Assembly: GCA_964505385.1 (NCBI GenBank)
Contig: CAZDIA010000008.1
Coordinates: forward strand, 18,658-82,657
Direction: 5' to 3'
DNA: 64,000 bases
Source of the DNA: an uncultured Chitinophagales bacterium
GTDB taxonomy: Bacteria; Bacteroidota; Rhodothermia; Balneolales; Natronogracilivirgulaceae
The notes under the pieces are model-generated. The model did no database searches. It saw only the letters and a list, made by a program, of their open reading frames with translations, and had not been told where the DNA came from. Position 1 is the first letter of the stretch; each line of letters begins with the position of its first letter. The position numbers were made by a program, and so were the translations under genes. Below are positions 35,387 through 43,739 of this stretch, in pieces.

Positions 35387-36889
35387 TTAATTTTTTGCAT
35401 CCCACCATACGTTGTCGAGCATGTTGTTGCCTTGTCGGTCGATCGCTTCCTGAAGATTATCGTTATTCAATCCCTCTTCGGAGTTCGGATAACGCAAACG
35501 TCTCGGCAGCTCACCATCTGTTTCACCGCCGGACGGATCACCAATTTCCTGCAGCTCCGGATACCCGGTTCGTCGAATTTCCGCGTAGGCTTCCATACCC
35601 TGACCAAAAATGGCCAACCATTTCTGAGTGATAATTTGCTCGAGCTGCCCTTCGTCATCCAGGGTGGGGTCGAAGGCGGCCGGCGAGTCATTTATATAGT
35701 CATCAATCTCTTGCTGTTCAATTTCGAATTGATCAATCGAATCATAAAATTCAAGAGATGCACGTATACCGTCTTCGTAGTGTTCAGCAGGGTCTCCAGG
35801 TCCCCATCCCCGAAGAGCTGCTTCAGCCTCCAGAAACTTTACCTCGGCAGTCATCATAATGCGGATGGGCGTTTCGATATCATGAAAATATGAGGTTTCC
35901 CTGGAATATAATCCCGGGGCGTTTTGGGTTTGAGAAAGCTGCGTGTCCGAAAGTCCGTTCTGTAATCCCTGGCGAATCTGTGTGATATCCGATGGCGCCA
36001 GGAACACTTCAAGCCGGGGATCTTCTAAATCCGATAAATTGTCGGAGAGAGTTTGGCTGATTCGGTATTCGTCAAACCGGTAAATCCAATGGTGGTGATT
36101 ATCGTGCACAAAATCTCCGGTTCCACCACCGGGGTCGACTTCAAGTTTTACATTGTGATTATTGTTTTCAAGTATCGGACGGCCGTTCAATACATCACCT
36201 ACGTGTTCTTGAGCAAGACCCGGATCTGCATAAGAGACTCGCATGGCAAGCCTAAGCCTCAGAGAATTTGCAAAACGGCGCCACATATCCACATTTCCGT
36301 TAAATAAAACATCAGCGGATCCCAGCCTGAACTCGGCACCGTCGTCAAGAGCTTCTTCTGCTTCTGTCAGCTCATTTAACATATCTCTGTAAATTTCTTC
36401 CTGCGCATCGTATGCCGGTTGGGTATTCCGTTGCATAGCATCAAAATAAGGAACATCACCCCAATAGTCGGTAACCCGGTGCATGATCCAGACTCTCAAG
36501 ATACGGGCTTTTGAGTGAATGTTGAGCATCTCCTCATCATCCGCAGTTAATTCCAGCGCTTCCTGAATGTTACTGCCGAAGTTGGAGTAGGCAGCATCCC
36601 AGTATGCGGTAAGCCAATCCTGCCGGGTTTCATAGCGGTCCGTACCCCAGCCGGATTCTATATTGGAATAATATTGCGCATAGTGATTGCCATATAAATG
36701 CTTGCCACGCTGGTACACATCAAAGCGAAGAGCACCATAAACCATACCGCGGGTAATGAGCGCTTCAGGCTGGACATCTGTCGGACTGGTAGGATCTGTA
36801 TTGACAGATTCAAAATTATCTGTACAGGCTACAACTCCCACCATTAAAAACAGCGTGAAACTAAGAATGAAAAATGTTTTAAACTTCAT
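35387..36889 (-). CDS. susD: SusD/RagB-family nutrient-binding outer-membrane lipoprotein
   Basis: MKFKTFFILSFTLFLMVGVVACTDNFESVNTDPTSP is a lipoprotein signal with a typical SusD N-terminus. The body is TPR-like helical. The gene follows susC directly. Confidence 0.9.
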   Translation of the reverse strand: MKFKTFFILSFTLFLMVGVVACTDNFESVNTDPTSPTDVQPEALITRGMVYGALRFDVYQRGKHLYGNHYAQYYSNIESGWGTDRYETRQDWLTAYWDAAYSNFGSNIQEALELTADDEEMLNIHSKARILRVWIMHRVTDYWGDVPYFDAMQRNTQPAYDAQEEIYRDMLNELTEAEEALDDGAEFRLGSADVLFNGNVDMWRRFANSLRLRLAMRVSYADPGLAQEHVGDVLNGRPILENNNHNVKLEVDPGGGTGDFVHDNHHHWIYRFDEYRISQTLSDNLSDLEDPRLEVFLAPSDITQIRQGLQNGLSDTQLSQTQNAPGLYSRETSYFHDIETPIRIMMTAEVKFLEAEAALRGWGPGDPAEHYEDGIRASLEFYDSIDQFEIEQQEIDDYINDSPAAFDPTLDDEGQLEQIITQKWLAIFGQGMEAYAEIRRTGYPELQEIGDPSGGETDGELPRRLRYPNSEEGLNNDNLQEAIDRQGNNMLDNVWWDAKN

Positions 36890-36907
36890 ATATGAGACCG
36901 TTAGCAA

Positions 36908-39900
36908 TTAAAAAACTATATTTACGCTGAAACCCAGACTGCGGTTCTCCGGCATGGAAAAAGATTCCAGCCCCTGTGCATTACCGATATTGAAACTTCC
37001 TTGTGCCGGACTAAAACCGGGTGTGTCTTTGTGAAAGTAAAACAGATTGCGTCCGATGAGGGACACTTGTAGGCTTTGAAAGGGAGTTACATCTACCCAA
37101 TTGACCGGGAGATCATAAGTAAATACAATTTCACGCATTCTCAGATAAGTCGCATCATATACAAACTCCTCGGTTATCGGGCTGCCACCGCCTACCCGGC
37201 CCCAATAATCCTGCGGGTTTACGGCTTTTTCGTTTTCCACATATTCGCCGTCATCAATTTCCACAACGCCTTCGGCAACATAGCCTTCACGATCTTCCTC
37301 ATCCAGATCGCGGGTATCATACCATTCCTGGCGCCCCTCAAGTGTAAATTCCGGAAAACCTCGCTGAGCGGCAAATGAATTGGTGAAAGAATAGACATCT
37401 CCGCCGACGGATATATCGACCAGTGTGCTTAATGAGAAATTCCGGTAGGTCACCTCATTGAAAAATCCTCCGGTAAAGTCCGGATTGAAATTCCCGAGTA
37501 CATGGGTTCCATCGTCTCGAACGGGAAGCCCTTCGTCATCTATGATTCGTTCTCCGTCATCATTGCGTTTATAGCGCTCACCGACGATATCACCAAACGG
37601 TTCTCCTACTGACGCCTGAACTGTAGCTCCCTGAATCTGCCCGAGGAAAAAGTTTTGGAGCTCTCCGGTTAGTTCAACTACTTCATTTCGATTGAAACCG
37701 ATATTGAACCTGCTGGTCCACTCCCATCCGGTTTCTGAATCAACCGGGATAAATGTGAGTGAGCCTTCAATACCTTCGTTTCGGATCATACCTGCATTAA
37801 TACGTGCGGCTGAAAAGCCAGAGGTTCTCGAAACCGGAATGGGCAAAATCTGATTCCGGGTATTTTCCCTATAAATTCCCATGTCAAGTTTGACACGTTC
37901 ATTAAAGAATCGCAAATCCAAGCCTGCTTCAACTGATCTTGTAATTTCCGGTTTCAGATCAACCGGAGGTAATTCGGTTGGAAGGTCTGCAAATTGTTGC
38001 CCTTTGTGGCCGGGATTTACGCTGTAGGTGAAATTTGTAACAAAGGGCGGCCCGCCGGAGCCAACCTCCGCCCAGGAAGCCCTGACCTGGCCAAAGGGAA
38101 ACACTTCGGAAATCAGATCGAAAGCTTCGGTAAATACGAATGATCCGCTAACCGAGGGGTAAATAAACGGCAGGTTTTCAACCGGCAACGTGGAATCCCA
38201 GTCAACCCGGCTTGTGAGATCGAGAAATGCATAGTCCCGAAATCCGAACTCAGTGGTTGCAAATACCGATTGAACTTCAGCACGGCTGAGTATACTTATA
38301 TTATTAGCGGATTCGGCATTGGAGATATCATAAAAATCCGGAATAAATATTCCCTCTCCGATGTAGCCGACTGTGCGGTCATTAAATCTGCGATAACTTC
38401 CGCCGATATTGGTTTCAAAATCTAAATCTTCACTCAAAGCCCGGCTATACTGCATCATTGCCCGCACATTGAATTCAACAAAGTTGCGGTCTCTTGTTGT
38501 AAAAGTGGCATCGGTACGATAAGGAGTATATTGCGCCCGCCTGTATTCCCGGATTTCATTAAAATAATCCAAGCCGGTAACAAGGTTAAAATTCAGGTTT
38601 TCGCTTGCATCATAGTTAATGCGGGCAAAACCGTAGAAACGGTCACGTTCATCCTCACTGATATTCAGGTTATGTGCCCAAAAAGGATTCATATTACGGG
38701 TATCCGAACCTTCCTGCGCTGCGGCATCCCATGTGCGGGCAAGGCCTTCACCTGTACGGAAATTCTCCAGGTCGGAAAGCCGCTCACTGGTTGGCATGCG
38801 AATCAGTGCCTGCATCGGGTTGTCGGGGTCTTCTGCAAGTGGGGGGCGATTATCAATCGACTGTGTGACGTAATTTATTCGGGCTTCAACATTAAGATCA
38901 TCAAAAAAGTCACGGCCGGCTCGGAGTGACACAAAATGTCGTTGCAGATCATTATCCGGATAATTGCCTTGGTTCATCGTATTGCTGTACGAAATCCGGT
39001 AGGTGTGATCATCTCCGCCTCCTGAAAGTGCCAGTATATTATTGGCGGTAAACGAGTTTTGAAAATATTCATCAAACCGGTCGGGTTGAGCCTCGTAAGG
39101 CCTGACTTCGCCGGTCCAGTCCAGAGCCATGGTTCCGTCCATAGCCGGTCCCCAGCTGTTAGTTTCCGAGTCCGGAATGATGTAGTGCTCATTTGCTTCA
39201 TCAAACTCAAGAGTACCGTTGGAACCACGCCCGAAATCAGTCTGCATCTCAGGCATTATATAGGGCTGCTCCACAGTAAAGTTAGAGGTGAATTCAACTC
39301 CGATTCCCGGCCGCTCTTGGCCCGATCGCGTCGTAATTTCCAAAACGCCATCGGCAGCACGGCTTCCGTAAAGCGCTGCGGCATTCGGCCCCTGAAGAAC
39401 ACTCATCGATTCAATTTCGGCCATGTTTACCTGATTAAGTCCGGAACCGAAATCTCGTCCGCCCTGAGCTGTTGCACTCATTCCGCCGCTGTTGTCAATC
39501 GGGACGCCGTCAACTACGATCAAAGGTTGACTTGTGCCGGTTAGTGAACGATGCCCCCTGATCACAATCCTCGTGCTGCCGTCGGGACCGGAACCGAGAC
39601 CGTCAATCTGAACATTGGAAACACGACCTTGAAGAGCAGAAACGGCATTCATGCCGCCACTGCGACTGATTTCCTCTCCGCCGAATTCCTGAACGGTGTA
39701 TCCGAGAGATTTTTCTTCCCGCGTCATACCAAAAGCAGTTACCACCAGATCTTCCCCCACGAGAGCTTCCGGTTGCAGAAAAACCTCAAGCTCGGTCTCT
39801 TCATCGACGGTAACTATCTTTTCGCTGAATCCAAGATATCTGAAAATCAGCTCATTATGCCCCTCAGGTACCGTAATTTCAAAATTACCATCAATATCAG

Positions 39901-40078
39901 TACTTGTCCCGAAATCGGTGCCCACAACCATTATATTAACACCGGCAAGCGGTTGGTCGCTTTCAGCATCGAAAACAGTTCCGCTGACATTAAAATCCTG
40001 TGCTGAAATGGTACTGAATACGCCGGCACAAAAAATTATTACTAAAGATAAAAAACGGAATAGTATCGATATTTTCAT
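36908..40078 (-). CDS. susC: SusC/RagA-family TonB-dependent outer-membrane transporter
   Basis: 1056 aa. N-terminal carboxypeptidase-regulatory-like domain (VSGTVFDAESDQPLAGVNIMVVGTDFGTSTDIDGNFEI), then a plug (VLQGPNAAALYGSRAADGVLEITT), then a barrel ending in LGFSVNIVF. Confidence 0.93.
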   Translation of the reverse strand: MKISILFRFLSLVIIFCAGVFSTISAQDFNVSGTVFDAESDQPLAGVNIMVVGTDFGTSTDIDGNFEITVPEGHNELIFRYLGFSEKIVTVDEETELEVFLQPEALVGEDLVVTAFGMTREEKSLGYTVQEFGGEEISRSGGMNAVSALQGRVSNVQIDGLGSGPDGSTRIVIRGHRSLTGTSQPLIVVDGVPIDNSGGMSATAQGGRDFGSGLNQVNMAEIESMSVLQGPNAAALYGSRAADGVLEITTRSGQERPGIGVEFTSNFTVEQPYIMPEMQTDFGRGSNGTLEFDEANEHYIIPDSETNSWGPAMDGTMALDWTGEVRPYEAQPDRFDEYFQNSFTANNILALSGGGDDHTYRISYSNTMNQGNYPDNDLQRHFVSLRAGRDFFDDLNVEARINYVTQSIDNRPPLAEDPDNPMQALIRMPTSERLSDLENFRTGEGLARTWDAAAQEGSDTRNMNPFWAHNLNISEDERDRFYGFARINYDASENLNFNLVTGLDYFNEIREYRRAQYTPYRTDATFTTRDRNFVEFNVRAMMQYSRALSEDLDFETNIGGSYRRFNDRTVGYIGEGIFIPDFYDISNAESANNISILSRAEVQSVFATTEFGFRDYAFLDLTSRVDWDSTLPVENLPFIYPSVSGSFVFTEAFDLISEVFPFGQVRASWAEVGSGGPPFVTNFTYSVNPGHKGQQFADLPTELPPVDLKPEITRSVEAGLDLRFFNERVKLDMGIYRENTRNQILPIPVSRTSGFSAARINAGMIRNEGIEGSLTFIPVDSETGWEWTSRFNIGFNRNEVVELTGELQNFFLGQIQGATVQASVGEPFGDIVGERYKRNDDGERIIDDEGLPVRDDGTHVLGNFNPDFTGGFFNEVTYRNFSLSTLVDISVGGDVYSFTNSFAAQRGFPEFTLEGRQEWYDTRDLDEEDREGYVAEGVVEIDDGEYVENEKAVNPQDYWGRVGGGSPITEEFVYDATYLRMREIVFTYDLPVNWVDVTPFQSLQVSLIGRNLFYFHKDTPGFSPAQGSFNIGNAQGLESFSMPENRSLGFSVNIVF

Positions 40079-40456
40079 TCTCTACAGGTTAAGATTAAAT
40101 ATTTTCCAAAAAAACAGATTGCTAAGTAGAAGTAGTTTTTTTCGATATCCGACTAAATCGGAATCTTTGTCTGATTTTGATTCACTTGAAATCAATTTTA
40201 TTCCCGGATTTTAATGGGATTCTATTCAATTGAAAACTCTCAAAATGCGTCGAATGCTAAGCATTCTGACTTTTTTGGGCAGTTATCATTCCGAACCAAA
40301 GATTCAATACATAAACCACCCTAAATATGCTTTTTATTTTTAAAAAATCAATGTAAAATTGCTGATATATTAACAAATTATAACATTATTGTTTTAACAT
40401 TGACCCAACATTACGGGTAATCCAAGTTGGTACACTTTATCATTATCAAAGAAATT

Positions 40457-42430
40457 ATGCGAGTAATAAGCTTTTCCGCCATTACTTCACTGTCCATTTT
40501 TTTATTCGGATGTGAAGTCGCTGAAAATCAGAATTCTGATACCAAAACAAATCACGAAGATATAACTGCTGATGTCCTTATTGCAGGCGGCGGAACAAGC
40601 GGTATCACTGCCGGTTTGCAGGCTGCAAGAGATGGTGCGGAAACCGTGATTGTAGAGCCTACACCCTGGCTCGGCGGCATGCTCACTTCTGCGGGTGTAA
40701 GTGCCACTGATGGCAATCATCAACTGCCATCGGGTATTTGGGGAGAGTTCCGGCAGCATTTGTATGATCACTACGGCGGACCGGATGAGGTTGAAACCGG
40801 ATGGGTCAGTAATACGCTTTTTGAACCTTCGGTAGGTAATGACATCTGGAACCGTATGGCCGAGGTAGAAGACCTGCTTACCGTTTATCACGGATACTAT
40901 GTTGAAGAGGCCCACACGGCAAATAACCGGGTAACCGGTGCCATGTTTAAGAGCGGCGATGGTGAACGTCTCACAGTGGAAGCTGGTATCTCCATTGATG
41001 CTACCGAATACGGAGATCTTATGGCTTTATCCGGAACCGAATACCACCTCGGTTTTGACTCCCGTGAAGATACCGGTGAGGAACTTGCTCCTCATTATGA
41101 TAACGAGATTGTTCAGGATCTCACCTACACCGCTATTCTGAAGGATTATGGTGAAGGTGAGGATAAAACCATTGAACGGCCAGCAAATTATTACCCTCAA
41201 ATGTTTACCGGTGCGTGCAAAGAAGTTGCTGAGGATCCCGATGAGTTTGACGGAGTGGATTGCGAAGAAATGCTGGACTATGCCCGTTTACCGAACGATA
41301 AATTTCTGATCAACTGGCCTATTCACGGAAATGATTACTACCTGGAAGCCATGGAGCTTGACCACCATGAGCGAAAACTGGCCTATGAGGCTGCAAAGGA
41401 TAAAACGCGGCAGTTTATCTATTTCATCCAGACTGAAATCGGATTTTCACATCTTGGCCTCGCCGATGATGAATATGATACCGATGATCTGTTTCCCCAC
41501 ATGCCTTATCACCGGGAAAGCCGGCGGCTGGAGGGAGTGGTTCAGTTCAATATGATGGACATGAAAGACATGTATCAACGCCCGCTGTATAAAACAGCCA
41601 TTGCTGTTGGTGATTATCCGCTTGACCATCATAGGAGATTAAATCCGGGAACTGAAAAACTCGCCGAAGGTGACATTCCGCCCTACGAGTTTGAAACTGA
41701 TATTTTCCCTTCCATACCATCCTACGCCATTCCCTATGGCGCCATGGTTCCCGCACAAACGGACGGATTACTGGTTGCGGAAAAAAGCCTGTCGGTTACC
41801 AGCATTGCCAACGGGGCTACCCGGTTGCAGCCGGTGGTTATGGGAATTGGACAGGCGGCGGGCGCCGCAGCTGCACTGGCGGCAACATCAGGATATCAGC
41901 CTCGAGATGTGAATCCCAGAGAATTACAGAGTAATCTAATCGAACAGGGCGCATGGATGCTGCCGTTTCTGGATTCTACTCCGGATGACTGGCATTTTGA
42001 ATATCTGCAAAAAACCGGTTTAAGCGGAGTCCTGAAAGGCGAAGGCATTCCTGTCGAATGGGCAAACGAAACCCGGATTTACCCCGACAGCTCGGTTACT
42101 GCAGATGTTATGGATGAAGCCATGCTAACTGTCGGTGAAGAAATTTCAACCTCCGGCAATGAATTCGTAACTAGAGGAGAAGCGGTTGAACTGTTGGCGG
42201 CTTTTATAGAAGATACAGAAACCGATGGAATTGAATTTGAAGATGTTGACCCTGACACCGACCTCTATGGTTATCTGAATAGGTTCGATGGTGCCGGACT
42301 GCTGGAATACTGGGCCGAGTCGGACCGGTTTTATCCTGATGAACCTCTTGCCCGGAAAGAACTTGCTTATCTGATACATGCAATATTCGATCCGTTTGAA
42401 GAAAATCCCGGACTAAACCCGGAAGAATGA
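40457..42430 (+). CDS. FAD-dependent oxidoreductase (PF12831-like) lipoprotein with C-terminal SLH-like repeats
   Basis: The ATG at 40457 gives MRVISFSAITSLSIFLFGCE. The dinucleotide-binding motif is DVLIAGGGTSGITAGLQAARDGAETVIVEPTPWLGGMLTSAGVSATDG. The C-terminal ~130 aa contains two F..D....Y...L...G...G........TRGEAVELL / ARKELAYLI segments. Confidence 0.85.
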   Translation: MRVISFSAITSLSIFLFGCEVAENQNSDTKTNHEDITADVLIAGGGTSGITAGLQAARDGAETVIVEPTPWLGGMLTSAGVSATDGNHQLPSGIWGEFRQHLYDHYGGPDEVETGWVSNTLFEPSVGNDIWNRMAEVEDLLTVYHGYYVEEAHTANNRVTGAMFKSGDGERLTVEAGISIDATEYGDLMALSGTEYHLGFDSREDTGEELAPHYDNEIVQDLTYTAILKDYGEGEDKTIERPANYYPQMFTGACKEVAEDPDEFDGVDCEEMLDYARLPNDKFLINWPIHGNDYYLEAMELDHHERKLAYEAAKDKTRQFIYFIQTEIGFSHLGLADDEYDTDDLFPHMPYHRESRRLEGVVQFNMMDMKDMYQRPLYKTAIAVGDYPLDHHRRLNPGTEKLAEGDIPPYEFETDIFPSIPSYAIPYGAMVPAQTDGLLVAEKSLSVTSIANGATRLQPVVMGIGQAAGAAAALAATSGYQPRDVNPRELQSNLIEQGAWMLPFLDSTPDDWHFEYLQKTGLSGVLKGEGIPVEWANETRIYPDSSVTADVMDEAMLTVGEEISTSGNEFVTRGEAVELLAAFIEDTETDGIEFEDVDPDTDLYGYLNRFDGAGLLEYWAESDRFYPDEPLARKELAYLIHAIFDPFEENPGLNPEE

Positions 42431-42514
42431 CTTTATTCTGTCAATTCTTGCGCCTGATAAAATCATTTGATTATAACACCTTTGTTTTGCCTCATTTTTA
42501 ATCCTCTCAAAGCT

Positions 42515-43732
42515 ATGATGTACTTCTACCGTTTGTTTTTGTTCTCCATAATCTTTTTGTTTCCTGTTTCACTGATTTCCCAGCCGCTTGAGTGGATGGA
42601 AATCACCGATGATTACGAGCTGCCGGAAGGCCTTCGGTTTTTCGGTCACAGCTTTGAGGACTCGAACATTGAAGCGTGGTATCTCGAGCTGGACCTGAAT
42701 GAAAATGGTCTGGCAGTCGAGGCGATTCCTGGTTCCGATTTTCAGTCCATCTCAGATTACGACGATAAAGAGGGTGTTTACGCAGCCGTTAACGGAGGCT
42801 ACTTCGCCGGCGAGGACGTAGTCTCAGCTGTCGTCACTCCGGATGGCGATGTGCCGACCCGCAACATCGCGACACTGAATCGGGACGGCAACACTCATCA
42901 TGTCACCCGAAGTATGTTCAGCCTGGATGATGAAATTAAGCCATCAGTGGACTGGATTTATCATCACGGGCTTAATGTTGATGATATCTACCGGTATGAG
43001 GAACCACTTCCCAACGCTCCGGGTGAACCGTCGGAGTCACCACCGGCAGTGGATGACGGTGAAATCATGGAGGGTCTGGCAACCGGCATCGGCGGCGGGC
43101 CGGTTCTAATCACCGAAGGTGAGGAGAATATCACGCACGATGATGAAGTTTTTTTCGGATCCGGTATTCAGGCTGGTTCAAACAGAGCCCGCACGGCTGT
43201 GGGTTATACCGAGGACAACCGGGTCATAATGATGGTGGTAAGCGAAGCCGGAAGCAGTACCGGTGTTACGTTAAGCCGGCTTGCAGAAGAACTGCTTGAA
43301 CTCGATGTAGTAGCGGCGATGAACCTGGACGGTGGAGGCTCTTCTCAAATGACGCTTGATCAGGAAAATATACTATCGACCGGTAGATCCATTCCGAATG
43401 TGCTGGCGGTTGTATCCAGAGGCCGCGTAACTTCAGCTGCGGTTACCGGAGATGATGAGCTTCCCCGAAGTGTCCGGCTTCATCAGAATCATCCCAACCC
43501 GTTTAATCCGGATACATCCATACCATTCTCAATTGATCATGCAGTACCGGTAACTCTCACCATTTATGATATGACCGGCAGAAAGGTGGCAACTGTGATA
43601 CAAAATGAAACCTATTCTGCCGGCCGGCATTCCGTGCGTTTTGATGCCTCTGAGTTGAGTACCGGAACCTACGTTTACCGATTGTCAACACCGGAGATGA
43701 CACGGTCACGTTTAATGACATTAATCAGGTAG
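42515..43732 (+). CDS. phosphodiester glycosidase (NAGPA / DUF2233-like) with T9SS CTD
   Basis: AAVNGGYF, GIGGGPVLI, ARTAVGYT and AMNLDGGGSS are the phosphodiester-glycosidase family motifs. The C-terminus reads NHPNPFNPDTSIPFSIDHAVPVTLTIYDMTGRKV...STGTYVYRL...MTLIR. Confidence 0.85.
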   Translation: MMYFYRLFLFSIIFLFPVSLISQPLEWMEITDDYELPEGLRFFGHSFEDSNIEAWYLELDLNENGLAVEAIPGSDFQSISDYDDKEGVYAAVNGGYFAGEDVVSAVVTPDGDVPTRNIATLNRDGNTHHVTRSMFSLDDEIKPSVDWIYHHGLNVDDIYRYEEPLPNAPGEPSESPPAVDDGEIMEGLATGIGGGPVLITEGEENITHDDEVFFGSGIQAGSNRARTAVGYTEDNRVIMMVVSEAGSSTGVTLSRLAEELLELDVVAAMNLDGGGSSQMTLDQENILSTGRSIPNVLAVVSRGRVTSAAVTGDDELPRSVRLHQNHPNPFNPDTSIPFSIDHAVPVTLTIYDMTGRKVATVIQNETYSAGRHSVRFDASELSTGTYVYRLSTPEMTRSRLMTLIR

Positions 43733-43739
43733 CTTATAG

